Source of the DNA: Dicyema japonicum
Taxonomy: Eukaryota > Animalia > Dicyemida
DNA length: 64,000 bases
Assembly (NCBI GenBank): GCA_011109175.1
Contig: RDEW01000038.1
Span: forward strand, 429,155-493,154
Direction of reading: 5' to 3'
The translations under genes and the position numbers were made by a program. Of the stretch, positions 48,918 through 62,300 are shown one piece after another (the stretch's first letter is position 1; the number at the start of each line of letters is the position of its first letter). The notes under the pieces were generated by a model. The model made no database searches and was not told the DNA's origin. It worked only from the letters and a program-made list of their open reading frames with translations.

Positions 48918-48931
48918 GTTGCGAACCACTG
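48918..48931 (-). mobile_element. hAT-type terminal inverted repeat
   Basis: Minus strand CAGTGGTTCGCAAC, resembling Charlie-family CAGTGGTTC(T/C)CAAC termini, in the same orientation as the 47300-47950 remnant. Confidence 0.4.
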
Positions 48932-49119
48932 GTCTAAAGTACTCACAACCAACAAAAAGAATAAAAGATGTAAAATTATTCCTTGGGTCCCTTCCTACAA
49001 TTAATCATCATAATTGTTAATTAATCCAATAAAGACTGAGTCATTCCTGTGCGAAGTTGAAGTGGTTCTTTTGTAATGGTCTTTTTATAGTTTTTTTTAA
49101 TGAACCAGAATTAAGAAAG

Positions 49120-49860
49120 AAGCAAATCAACATCGTCTGGCTTGTTTGGTGTCAGCTTCAAGTCGAGGGAGTGGAGCATGGCTTGGTGCAATACCTTGCC
49201 CAAACCTCGGGACCTTTTTGGACGACGATTCTTTGAGGATTGGAATCGGACAAAGGCTGGGACTAGACGTTTGCCAGGAGCACCGATGCCGATGCGGGGA
49301 AACAGTCGATGCGAAAGGATTGCACCCGCTGTCCTGCAGAAGAAGCGCCGGAAGGGGACCACGTCATGCCGCTCTGAATGATGTGATCGTCAGAGCTCTG
49401 AAGGCTTCAGGCTTCCCAGCACACCTTGAACCAGTGGGTCTTGATCGAGGAGATGGGAAGAGACCTGACGGGATGACCCTTTTCCCCTTCACGTCCGGAA
49501 GATCTTTGGTTTGAGACGCAACTTGTGCTGACACATTCTCAAGCACGAAGCTTTATAAATCTGTTCAGACACCTGTAGCAGCTGCTTCGACCGCGGAAAA
49601 CCTAAAAATCAAGAAATATTCTTGCCTCGGGGATCGCTACCGATTTACTCCTGTTGCGACCGAATCATCGGGAGCTGTTGGTCCAATGACTGCTGAATTC
49701 TTGCAAGAACTCGGAGGATTGCTTGCCAGAAAGAAAAGGGATCAACGAGAAGGGTTATGACTAAGACAAAAGATCGGAATAGCCATACTCCGAGGGAACT
49801 CGTTCGCAATCCACGCAGCAGGCTTCCTCAACTGACATTTGTTTGATTGTTAAAAAAATT
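49120..49860 (+). mobile_element. CRE-like non-LTR retrotransposon, 5'-truncated young copy
   Basis: [15 protein letters not shown]...[17 protein letters not shown]...RPDG; nearly identical to 47989-48475; A-rich tail. Confidence 0.85.
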
Positions 49861-49879
49861 TTTTGTTAAAAAAAAAAAA

Positions 49880-51640
49880 TTAACTAATTGACGTGTAATA
49901 ATGATAGAACTTAAAAGTCCTTGGTAAGGTATACTCTAATTTTTGGGGTCAGAAAACGAATAGAATTGGGAAACGCCCAGTCGATAAAACATAAATAGGA
50001 TATCAATGACAACATCAAATCATTAAAACCACCCAAATAAAATAAAAGTTAGTTAGAAGAGATCTCAGTTGTTAATTAGAGGAGATTGTACTTCCCTTAT
50101 TTCAAAATAGTTGAATTTCATTGGTGAGTTCCCAACATGAGACATCACTTGGAAACCATCTGGTTCTGACAGATATTAAATTCATTATACCTGATAATTC
50201 GTTAACCATGTCATCTTGGTTTAATATATCTACTTGACTAAATTTCGAAGCGCAAAACAGCAAAATAATTGAAAACATTTTCTATAATTTTACCTTCCGA
50301 AATTTATATAAATGACAAAGGAATTTATGAATTTGTGTATTAATGTGTTCTATAATTGATTAACAGCATACATAAAATCCTAGCTATCATCCTTTTACTT
50401 CTTAGATACGATACTTTCAGTTGTCTCAATTTTGGTTAAACAGGATAAGTTTCGTGGCCACTTCAACCCTGAGACTAATTAGCCACTCGAGTAACTAGTT
50501 TATCAATAATTCACTTACTCATATATTTATTATTTTTTAGATTAATATTGGTTGAGCATCATATTGCCAAACCAAGTAGTTAAATATCCAATTTGAATAT
50601 CTGCTTTCAATTCATAAAAAGGTCAGTTGATATAAGCAATACACCATAAAAAACAATCTCAACTCACAAATTAGTTGGGTTTTTGTTGAGTACATTTTAT
50701 TTTGTGACCAAAACTCACTTTTTTTGCAAAAATATGATTTTTTGATAAGATTGATTTCAAATTGTGAACATTGACATATATATATTTTGTGAACAAAAAT
50801 ACTTTAAAATTGGCAAGTAAGTACTTTTTTACATTTATTATTTTTTATGATTGAAAGCCTAATATTTTGTAAAAATAAACAGAGAATTTTATTTACCATC
50901 AAACTTTAGTGGTTAATTAAAGTTAGGAAAACCCAATAACCTTAAAGTTAGGACAGTGATAAATTTGAAGTAAGGCTGCCGAAGTTAATATGTGACTCCA
51001 AGTGTTTGACGATGACTCTCAATACATCTCATATAAATTGAGTATTAGACTGTCGTAAAGGAATTAATCCAATCTTAAACGGAAAATGAAAATAAAAAAA
51101 TCCACTGATTAGTGACTTGTCTACCTATTAAAAACCGTTACTGGTATAAAGTGCCAAACAGGGGCTTTATTATACATTCTCAAATTGCTTGTTTAAATTT
51201 TCTGAAAAACAGACTCAAATAAAGGCCCTTCTCCTACAAAACGACTTTCGCATCATGAAAATGCTAAGATCAGAATAAAATCTTCCAACAAATTAGATAA
51301 CTAGACTGTCGAGATTTGGATTTAAAATTATAGGATTTCTTGAATGCGCAAATTAATACGGAAAATACTACCAGTAGTTTCAAAATAATTAATTTAAATG
51401 TCAGAGCAAATTAAAAAAATAATTTAACTGTGCTTGAAAATTTGATAGAGGTGACTGGAACAGTGCCCCTGGAAAGACTCCAGTATGCGGACCACGTCCA
51501 TATCGGAAATGAGCAGGAACGCAGTCGGAACACCGAGAAAAGATGCGAAGACTGTAAAAAGAGGCCGGTATTAGAATTTTGTTTATTTTGGTTATGACGG
51601 TGATATTCTGGTTAAACAATAATAATAACTGTGCACAAAT
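49880..51640 (-). pseudogene. Decayed multi-copy gene family, most complete unit
   Basis: Contains all conserved blocks in order, from SLRIFSRCSDCVPAHFRY (51401-51619) to the hydrophobic 3' segment. Micro-intron at 50166-50190. Confidence 0.55.
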
Positions 51641-51649
51641 TTTTAAATT

Positions 51650-51880
51650 TTCGTTGTTGTTGTTATTGCAATAAATTTTTGAACTTTTATCTTTGTTACG
51701 TTTTCAATCCTTTTGATGATGTGCAGTTGTTCAATATTTGTGGTTTTCATGGATATATTGTGATTCCTCTGGTTTTATTAAGACTCCTGTAACCACATGT
51801 TTTGGACTCATAAGTTTGACTTATCAGCCCGGACACGAAATGTCCCCGGGTTCTCATACTAATCGACAATTATTATTATT
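51650..51880 (-). mobile_element. Short retroposon-like insert ending in (ACA)n
   Basis: Minus strand ends ...TTTATTGCAATAACAACAACAACAAC; mirrored at 61640-61865. Confidence 0.3.
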
Positions 51881-52249
51881 TTACTACTAAATTAATTCTT
51901 TTTTCATATATTTCCACTGTTTTTACAAAATTGAAATTATATCCTAATTTTGATATCCTAATTTATTAATGAAACAGAATTCTTAGAAGGAATTCTGTTT
52001 AAACAGTCAATAAATAAAGCTTTGAGTTTTTACAACTTCAGACGTACGCACGCAACAAGCTTATAATAAAAAGAAAATGAACAACTTTATATGATTCAAC
52101 AACTTACAGTTTATGGAGGTGATAAAAAATGGAGTATTGGAATTATCAACTCTAATAAAAATGGTAATCAATTCATAAATCATTTCAAATGTCTTTGACT
52201 TGTGGTTTTTAAAAATATTACATGGCTATTTTGTTAATGAAATAAATAT

Positions 52250-53510
52250 TGGTTTTAAAAATTTTTTTATGAATAGCTAGTAACAAATAAAGGCGTCATT
52301 GGTTTTTTCACAACATAAGAAATCACTTGGACATCATCTGGTTCTGACCAATATTAACGTTTATTATACCTGGCGCTTTGCTCGACAAGTCATCTTGGTT
52401 TAAAATTTCTACTGGACGAAATTTCAAAGAGCAAAACAGCAAAATAATTAAAAACATTTTCTATGATCTCACTTTTTCGAAATTTATATAGATAACGAAA
52501 GAATTTAAGAAATTGTGAATGAAAACGTTCTATAAATGATTAATTGCAAAAATAAAATTTTACCTATCATTCTATTACTTCTTAGTGACGATAATATAAG
52601 TTCTCTAAATTTGAGTTAAACAGGATTAATTTCGTGGCCACCTCAACCCTGAGACTGATTAGCCACTAGATTAACTAGTTAATCAATTCATTTTTTTTAT
52701 AAATTTATTATTTTTTAAGATTGATTGATAATTTTGTGGTAAATTATAAAACAAAATCAGAAATGTCCCATATTGGTTGAGTTTCAGCATCATATTGCCA
52801 AACCAACTAGTTAAATATCCAATTTGAATAATCTGCTTTTATTTTATAAGTAGGTCAGTTGATATAAGTAACATACACCAAAAAAAACAATCTCAAGTCA
52901 CAAATTAGTTGGTTTTTTGTTGTGTACATTTTATTTTGTGACCAAAACTCAAAAATATGATTTTTTGATAAGATTGATTTCAAATTGTGAACATTGACAT
53001 ATATATATTTTGTGAACAAAAATACTTTAAAATTGGCAAGTAAGCACTTTTTTAAATTTATTATTTTTTATGATTGAAAGCCTAATATTTTGTAAAAATA
53101 GACAGAGTATTTTATATACCATTAATCTTTAATCGTTAATTAAAGTTAAGAAAACATAATAACCTTGATAATGATAAGTAAGGCTGCCAAAGTTGACTCT
53201 CAATACATCTCATGTAAATTGAGTATTAGAAGGAAATAATACAATCTTCAACGTAGAATAAATTGAGGGAACAATCTACTGATTAGAGATTGTCTAGCTA
53301 TTCAATATCGTTACTGGTATAAAGTCCCAAACAGGGGAATTATTATACATTCTCAAATCGGAAATGAGCAGGAACGCAGTCGGAACACCGAGAAAAGATG
53401 CGAAGACTGTAAAAAGAAACCTGTATTAGAATTTTGTTTATTTTGGTTATGACGGTGATATTCTGGTTAAACAATAATAATAACTGTGCACAAATTTTTA
53501 AATTTTATCA
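52250..53510 (-). pseudogene. Decayed multi-copy gene family, tandem second unit with an internal deletion
   Basis: Diverged head-to-tail paralog of 49880-51640. Micro-intron at 52344-52369. Confidence 0.55.
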
Positions 53511-54479
53511 ATAAAGGCTTAAATTTTCATCAACATTCTAAAATTGAATAAAAACGACTAAAATCTCTTAACTAAGAAATCAGGATTCCGTGAATGTACA
53601 TTTTATCAGTTTTAAAGTAAACTATTTCTTCATGTAAAAATCAAGATTGAAGTAGAGTAGATCTTTGTATGAAGCTGTAATGAATCTCTCGTACGACAGT
53701 AAATTTTGAATCAGTCGCTGTGGGAAAATCAGCACTCTTAGGAAGCAAATCACAGACCCTGCTGAACCGTATCGGATCGATTATCCCAAGGAGCAAAAAA
53801 GATGAAAGTGACGGAACTGGCTCAACGAGAAGTATTTTTGTACATATTGGTCATCTATCTAATGGGGAAAGATTTGTGCTTCTCAAGTTTTTTTGTGGAT
53901 TGGTCCATAGTCCCCGCGATGTAAAGTAGAATTGGTTCCATAAAAAGGTTGTACAACCGAATTCAAAAGCGATTTAAGTGAGTGGATTCAATAACGGCAT
54001 CAGACGGAAAGAACATAAATTATAACCAAAGGGCCACATAGCACCACATGGGGCCGGGACTAAATTTTAAGAAAACTAACGATTTATCACAATTTCAAAA
54101 TTTATCGAGAATACAAAATACTCTTAAGGAAGAAAATTTACAAGTTTACATATTTCTCTTAAGAAAATGTATAACGATTTTCAAACAAGATATATTGATC
54201 TCTCTTCAACTTTGTTATTCCGCCATGGATTATTGTATATATCACAGTAGAGATCGAGATACATGAGTAGAGTCTTGATTTGACCATCTGGCAATTCAAG
54301 CTTTCGATAAGCATCAAAGAAATTTTTAGATATACACTGAATTCCTAAGAAATTGGAAACACATTATTAAAAAACATAAAATTTATTTTTAATAGACTTT
54401 TTCAATTATTTTATTAAAAATCAAATTTAAAAATAAAAAAATTCCCGTGAGACCATATTAAAAACATATAAAAATTATA

Positions 54480-54750
54480 TTACTTAACAAAAATATGCAA
54501 ATCGTTAAAATTTCATGAACTTGATACCTAGCTTATTGAATATGTGAATTTGATGGAATCAAAGGTATTTTTACTTTGTTTATGTCAGGTGGTTTGTTAA
54601 ATGATCCATTAACATCAAATAAAACACAAAATATTGCTGAAAAGTTATCAATTAGTGAATTCAAGAATTCAAAAGGATTTTTCACAAGATTCAAAAAAAG
54701 ACAAGTTTTCGAATGCATAAATTTCCTGTGGAATTGATAACTGACAAACA
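54480..54750 (+). mobile_element. pogo-like CENP-B HTH fragment
   Basis: NIAEKLSISEFKNSKGFFTRFKKR parallels F-N-A-S-x-GW-L-x-RFKKR. Confidence 0.4.
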
Positions 54751-54844
54751 ACCTGACTTAAAGGAGTTGTAGATTACTTTGAGGAAATTTCAGAACATTA
54801 TAAAAAGATGAAATTTAAAATATGGAAGAGACAGGGTTATATTA

Positions 54845-56524
54845 TGTCACATGGGCGGCGCGTAACGCATGGGCAGCCTGTTACATTTTTTCGACCTTGA
54901 AAAGGTCTTTTGATTATCCGACATTATTATTATTATTATTACCCCCAGGATCACTGGGTCAAAAAGAAAGAAATAAAAATTCTCATCTAACTAAGTGATC
55001 CCAGACCGACAAAGGTGAGCATGAGTCTCTCATTAGATTATCCGACATTTAATTTTATATATCCGATTTATATCGTGATTTAATTCTGTTAAATTAGTTT
55101 TTTATTCATAAATGTTATGATTATAAAGATTTTATTTTTTTATAGCGGTAAACCTAGATTTCCAGCGTGATTTATAGCATGGAAGATTATTTTGTTGCAA
55201 TGGCTTCTTACAAGGGTTTTGTGAAAGATTGCGTTGAATATCAAACTTTAAAAGATGCTTTGCATGATAAATTTCCCGAAAATCTTCCGAGACACCGAAA
55301 ATATAGGCTTGTAAAGAAGATAGAGAATTTTTCTATTATCAATGACAGGTATTGTAATTTTTCAATAATTTTAGACTATCTTAAATCAACTGATTCCAAG
55401 TTAGTCATATCCCTGGATAATGAAACCGAAATGGAGCATGTTGCGAAATCGTTGCACAAGTTTTCACACGGAGAAGTCAATAAAATTGAGTATGAATGTC
55501 GACACAGATACTTCACTGTAAAGAATGAGATTATCAGAAAAGTCATTCGAAATTGTGAAGTCTGCAAATTTTCGCTGGTAAAGAAGTATGTGAAAACTTA
55601 AGATCTTTGTTCCGCCTGAATGGGCCATGTAAATTTCTTCAGTCGGACAATGGTTCTGAATTTAAAAATCAAGAAATAACAAAACTTTGCGGAGATTTTA
55701 ACATTAAGCAAATTCACGGAAGGCCTAACAATCCACGAGCACAAGGAATTGTCGAAAGAATCAGACGATCACGAGGAAGTTGTCAAAAATGCTGGATAAC
55801 AGTGAAAAAAAGTGGCTTGATAAAAAGAAAGTGCTGTCTACAGTTACAACATATCGGTCCATTCATTTTCTAACGAAAGTCCTTTCGAAAGATATCGAGG
55901 AATAAATTCAATAATTAATGGTTATGCTTATATCACATTATGACTTAGATAATTTAAGTGATGAGTGTGCGATTCCAGAACAAATTGACGATTTGGTTAA
56001 TTGTTCGACTCCATAATCTATTGAAAATTCACGTAGTTTGATTTAAAAAATTTATATCTAGATAATTCCCAGTCAGATAATTTGTGTCCGAATTTCGAAA
56101 TTAAATCGATTGAAGAAAATTTGAATTATTACAAAGCTATGAACAGGAAAATGAATGTTCATAATAGTAAATATACTTTTAACATGGGTATGAATTAAAA
56201 ACATTAATAAATAGGTTCGGGCTAAAAAGGACTTTGAAACAAATCCCTTATTGCGACTGGATAAGTTTGAGTCTCAGTATTATCCAGTTGCAGAAATAAT
56301 TAATATTTTATCGAATAATCGCGTGGAGGTAGTTTTAAATAGTTTAATTTGATAGATAAAAAATTCGAAAGGAGAAATATCGACTGTATTAATGAGTAGA
56401 CTAAAAAAGTTACTTAAATTTAATTTTTGTGGTTAATAAATCATTTATAAAATTAATTGAAGTTAATCTTGGTTCAAGGTTAATGTAACAGGCTGCCCAT
56501 AGGTAACGCTTGGCCCATGTGACA
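54845..56524 (+). mobile_element. Ginger2/Tdd-like DNA transposon with rve integrase remnant, internally deleted
   Basis: TIRs TGTCACATGGGC...CATGGGCAGCCTGTTACATT / AATGTAACAGGCTGCCCAT...GCCCATGTGACA. HHCC zinc finger (LHKFSHG...CEVC). Core GPCKFLQSDNGSEF...HGRPNNPRAQGIVER; the first catalytic D segment is missing. Confidence 0.75.
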
Positions 56525-57779
56525 TATTATAAACAGATTCCGTCCAAAATAGTGAATTCTACAAAAGAAGACGAAATAATGATGGAAATTCTAGAACTGA
56601 AAACAGAGGTGAAATTTCAATGCACTTTTTCTGATTGAAAAAAATAATAAATAATATCGAAAATGAAAATAATGTCCTCTAGCAGGAGATACATTCAAAA
56701 TAAGATTTAAAAAATAAAAGACAGCTTGGGTTGAAATATTATTTTGATAAAAAATATTATTTTAATGGTTTTTTAAATAATTTTTTTCAAATTCTCAAAT
56801 TGGCCACAAATAGTTCAGGAACAATTTTGTATAATTTTAAGTGACCTTACTGAACACTTATTTGCCAAACAAATATCTTAATCTATGAATGAGAGCTCAA
56901 TTTTAAATTTCTTTTCCATCGTCATATTTGGTTGAATGTGGCCTCAGTAAAGTATTATTACTTAGAAAAATAAAGGAATAGACTTGATGTTGTCAATAAA
57001 TATTGAGCAGGATATAACTAAGTTGGTAAAGGGAATATAAATTGTTTCTGATGTTTATTGTTAATAATTCATTTAATTTAAATCAAACAAAAATTGTCTA
57101 TACATAATAAATAGTATTATTGTTGTTAAACTTAGGACAGGATAGAATATATTTTAAAAAATATCGAAAAGGGAGCCATTGATTATATGCCTGCCTAAAA
57201 AGAGGAGAATAAGAATGCTGAATTTTTGTTCAACGAAAGAGAGTGTATGTATTTCGGGAAAATATTTGGAATCAAATTACACACCTTAAGAAATAAACGT
57301 GTGACAGGGCTGAAAAAAATTTGATCAAAAAATCGCCATGTTAATATCGGAAAATATACTCCAGATAAGTGGTTGTAAACTGGACTTACCTATCTTATTT
57401 TGAAATAAAATGTGCGTCATACCCCAAAGTACTTAATACAGATTAAATGCCTAATTTACACAATTGGTTACGAACTATAAGAAAATATAGATGAGAAGGA
57501 ACAGAAAATATAAGCAGAAATCTTCAATCAATTAGTCACATGGCACTTTGATTACGTTGGCACTACGTGGCTTATAGTTGTTAACTGTTAACTTTTTTCT
57601 CGATGTATCCGGGGTTTATGATAATTTGGAACCCGAAGAATGTGTCAAGTGCTAAAAAACAGAAAACACTTAACCAGTTCAGCAACAAGTAGAACCAACA
57701 TGATTTGGAAATGTTATCGGTTCAGTGGACTTCTTGTTTAGGGTACTCGATAAAACTGTATTTCTTTACTGGATTTTAG

Positions 57780-58020
57780 AATGAAAAATTAAGTTGAATT
57801 TAATCATAAAAACTGAGGAAATCAAAAGTAAGAGAAGGAAATTGCATGGTGATTCTTTATCATCGCATATCTTTGAGCTTGTAATTGATTTTCTGGCCAG
57901 GGTACTAAATACAAAATACTCCAAAGTCGTTATTCACAACCCCGACCGAGTATCTAATAGTTATGCAAAAAACCACCTGCTGTTTATGGACGACCTAAAA
58001 ATATTTTTATAAAGCAAAAC
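57780..58020 (+). mobile_element. R4/Dong-like RT fragment
   Basis: HGDSLSSHIFELVIDFL...NHLLFMDDLKIF. Confidence 0.55.
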
Positions 58021-59373
58021 ACTACCATAATAAAGGTGATAATCGACTAAAAAAATTCGTGTACAGAATCAGAATCATTTGAACCCTGGAATCGAAGATA
58101 TACTCTATCTGAGAAAAAACTAGTCTGGAAAATGATTGGTATCCATTAACATAAAGTGAAGGCCAGCTGCCAAGGCAGAATATCTAAGCCAGAGATTTTA
58201 AATTATAAGTTATACTCATTTTTGCTAGATATTGTTTCATCATAGACAAGATCAACTACTAGTGATCACCGTGTTGTATTGACAACGCTGAAGACTTCGA
58301 GCGCACTGGTTTTTAATCGACGGCATATGTGTGTTCGCAGTGAAATCGCTCTTCGTGATGAAGCAATGTCAATGATCATTTCCTATTAATGACGACGATG
58401 TAACTTTTTACAGCATAGCATGCGAGGCGACGGTTGTTTTTCTTTACAACAGTCATCTTTTCGATTTCTTGTGTGCATTTATTCACATGAAAGAATTCCT
58501 GATCGCTAAATGCAATCCGTAAATATTTGGATTTTTTAGCAACACTTGAAAACTCATGCACGGTTGATTACTACTTCCAAAAGCATATTTTGAGTGAGAA
58601 AAAAAATTAGCGACATATTGTTGAACGAATTTTTGATGTTTTTTTCTCCTTACATGACAGCAATTTATATTCGTTTCTCTTAAATTTTTGGTGCCCTACT
58701 CTGTCATCAGTACAGAGAGTGACAAAAATATCTGGGAAAACTGATATTGACATTGGAAGAGTTTATAGTGTAAGTTGGCCAGCTCTAAGAAGATGCGAAT
58801 TATAGATGCAGATTTAACAATTCACTTAAGTTCCCAAGTATTTCCGTTGCGTTAATGAATTTAGTATAAAATTCAAATATCGCCGATGTTTGGTTAATGA
58901 TTCCATTTATAATTTCTTTTTTTATATTGCTTACTGCAGTTTACTGTAGTCAAGATCATTGCTGTGAAAAAGATGGTTTAAATTACGCATTAATATTTAG
59001 AGTGCTGCTATAGGACGAAGACAGAATTTTCATACAATTTACTGTCAAAGTTCATTTCCTTGACAATTAATCTTGCGAACAGCTTCATGAAATGATCACC
59101 GACTTGATTGACTAACACCTTTATTCTAATAATCTGAACGATTTAGTCTTATTACTTTTTTAAAATATGCCTTTTAAAGGTTTATCGAATTTTGTAAGCA
59201 AATTATTGTGAGAACTGGTGCAATTGTGCCCATGCCACTAGGCAGTTATAGTACCCACTAGGCAATTATTGTACCTCCATAATAAAAATATTTTTTTTTC
59301 ATTATAAAACAAAAAGCATTAAGAGTTAATAAATTTAACAACTTTATAACCTTTTTTTATTATTTATTTATTT

Positions 59374-62300
59374 TTTTCTTAAAATTTAGTCCCGGCCCCA
59401 TGTGGTGCTATGTGGCCCTTTGGTTATAATTTATGTTCTTTCCGTCTGATGACGTTATTGAATCCACTTCACTTAAATCGCTTTTGAATTCGGTTGTACA
59501 ACCTTTTTATGGAACCAAATCTACTTTACATCGCGGGGACTATGGACCAATCCACAAAAAAACTTGAGAAGCACAAATCTTTCCCCACTAGATAGATAAC
59601 CAATATGTACAAAAATACTTCTCGTTGACCCAGTTCCGTCACTTTCATCTTTTTTGCTCCTTGGGATAATCGATCCGATACGGTTCAGCAGGGTCTGTGA
59701 TTTGCTTCCTAAGAGTGCTGATTTTCCCACAGCGACTGATTCAAAATTTACTGTCGTACGAGAGATTCATTACAGCTTCATACAAAGATCTACTCTACTT
59801 CAATCTTGATTTTTACATGAAGAAATAGTTTACTTTAAAACTGATAAAATGTACATTCACGCAATCCTGATTTCTTAGTTAAGAGATTTTAGTCGTTTTT
59901 ATCCAATTTTAGAATGTTGGTGAAAATTTAAGCCTTTATTGATAAAATTTAAAAATTTGTGCACAGTTATTATTATTGTTTAACCAGAATATCACCGTCA
60001 TAACCAAAATAAACAAAATTCTAATACAGGTTTCTTTTTACAGTCTTCGCATCTTTTCTCGGTGTTCCGACTGCGTTCCTGCTCATTTCCGATTTGAGAA
60101 TGTATAATAATTCCCCTGTTTGGGACTTTATACCAGTAACGATATTGAATAGCTAGACAATCTCTAATCAGTAGATTGTTCCCTCAATTTATTCTACGTT
60201 GAAGATTGTATTATTTCCTTCTAATACTCAATTTACATGAGATGTATTGAGAGTCAACTTTGGCAGCCTTACTTATCATTATCAAGGTTATTATGTTTTC
60301 TTAACTTTAATTAACGATTAAAGATTAATGGTATATAAAATACTCTGTCTATTTTTACAAAATATTAGGCTTTCAATCATAAAAAATAATAAATTTAAAA
60401 AAGTGCTTACTTGCCAATTTTAAAGTATTTTTGTTCACAAAATATATATATGTCAATGTTCACAATTTGAAATCAATCTTATCAAAAAATCATATTTTTG
60501 AGTTTTGGTCACAAAATAAAATGTACACAACAAAAAACCAACTAATTTGTGACTTGAGATTGTTTTTTTTTGGTGTATGTTACTTATATCAACTGACCTA
60601 CTTATAAAATAAAAGCAGATTATTCAAATTGGATATTTAACTAGTTGGTTTGGCAATATGATGCTGAAACTCAACCAATATGGGACATTTCTGATTGTGT
60701 TTTATAATTTACCACAAAATTATCAATCAATCTTAAAAAATAATAAATTTATAAAAAAAAATGAATTGATTAACTAGTTAATCTAGTGGCTAATCAGTCT
60801 CAGGGTTGAGGTGGCCACGAAATTAATCCTGTTTAACTCAAATTTAGAGAACTTATATTATCGTCACTAAGAAGTAATAGAATGATAGGTAAAATTTTAT
60901 TTTTGCAATTAATCATTTATAGAACGTTTTCATTCACAATTTCTTAAATTCTTTCGTTATCTATATAAATTTCGAAAAAGTGAGATCATAGAAAATGTTT
61001 TTAATTATTTTGCTGTTTTGCTCTTTGAAATTTCGTCCAGTAGAAATTTTAAACCAAGATGACTTGTCGAGCAAAGCGCCAGGTATAATAAACGTTAATA
61101 TTGGTCAGAACCAGATGATGTCCAAGTGATTTCTTATGTTGTGAAAAAACCAATGACGCCTTTATTTGTTACTAGCTATTCATAAAAAAATTTTTAAAAC
61201 CAATATTTATTTCATTAACAAAATAGCCCTCATAGTTAATAAATAATATTTTATTGTTAATAAATTTTTGTTCGTTAAAAAAATAGCCATGTAATATTTT
61301 TAAAAACCCACAAGTCAAAGACATTTGAAATGATTTATGAATTGATTACCATTTTTATTAGAGTTGATAATTCCAATACTCCATTTTTTATCACCTCCAT
61401 AAACTGTAAGTTGTTGAATCATATAAAGTTGTTCATTTTCTTTTTATTATAAGCTTGTTGCGTGCGTACGTCTGAAGTTGTAAAAACTCAAAGCTTTATT
61501 TATTGACTGTTTAAACAGAATTCCTTCTAAGAATTCTGTTTCATTAATAAATTAGGATATCAAAATTAGGATATAATTTCAATTTTGTAAAAACAGTGGA
61601 AATATATGAAAAAAGAATTAATTTAGTAGTAAAATAATAATAATTGTCGATTAGTATGAGAACCCGGGGACATTTCGTGTCCGGGCTGATAAGTCAAACT
61701 TATGAGTCCAAAACATGTGGTTACAGGAGTCTTAATAAAACCAGAGGAATCACAATATATCCATGAAAACCACAAATATTGAACAACTGCACATCATCAA
61801 AAGGATTGAAAACGTAACAAAGATAAAAGTTCAAAAATTTATTGCAATAACAACAACAACAACGAAAATTTAAAAATTTGTGCACAGTTATTATTATTGT
61901 TTAACCAGAATATCACCGTCATAACCAAAATAAACAAAATTCTAATACCGGCCTCTTTTTACAGTCTTCGCATCTTTTCTCGGTGTTCCGACTGCGTTCC
62001 TGCTCATTTCCGATATGGACGTGGTCCGCATACTGGAGTCTTTCCAGGGGCACTGTTCCAGTCACCTCTATCAAATTTTCAAGCACAGTTAAATTATTTT
62101 TTTAATTTGCTCTGACATTTAAATTAATTATTTTGAAACTACTGGTAATATTTTCCGTATTAATTTGCGCATTCAAGAAATCCTATAATTTTAAATCCAA
62201 ATCTCGACAGTCTAGTTATCTAATTTGTTGGAAGATTTTATTCTGATCTTAGCATTTTCATGATGCGAAAGTCGTTTTGTAGGAGAAGGGCCTTTATTTG

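Larger units (their letters stand above)
50542..54075. repeat. Left arm of ~3.5 kb inverted duplication
   Basis: Reverse complement of 59374-62974. The ORFs at 51401-51619/61897-62115 are identical; those at 53720-53929/59521-59730 differ by 2 aa. Confidence 0.95.

Noticed and set aside
53720-53929. Duplicated 69-aa ORF (also 59521-59730) as a real gene
   Set aside because: GTG start, no recognisable motif; its duplication is fully explained by the inverted repeat.
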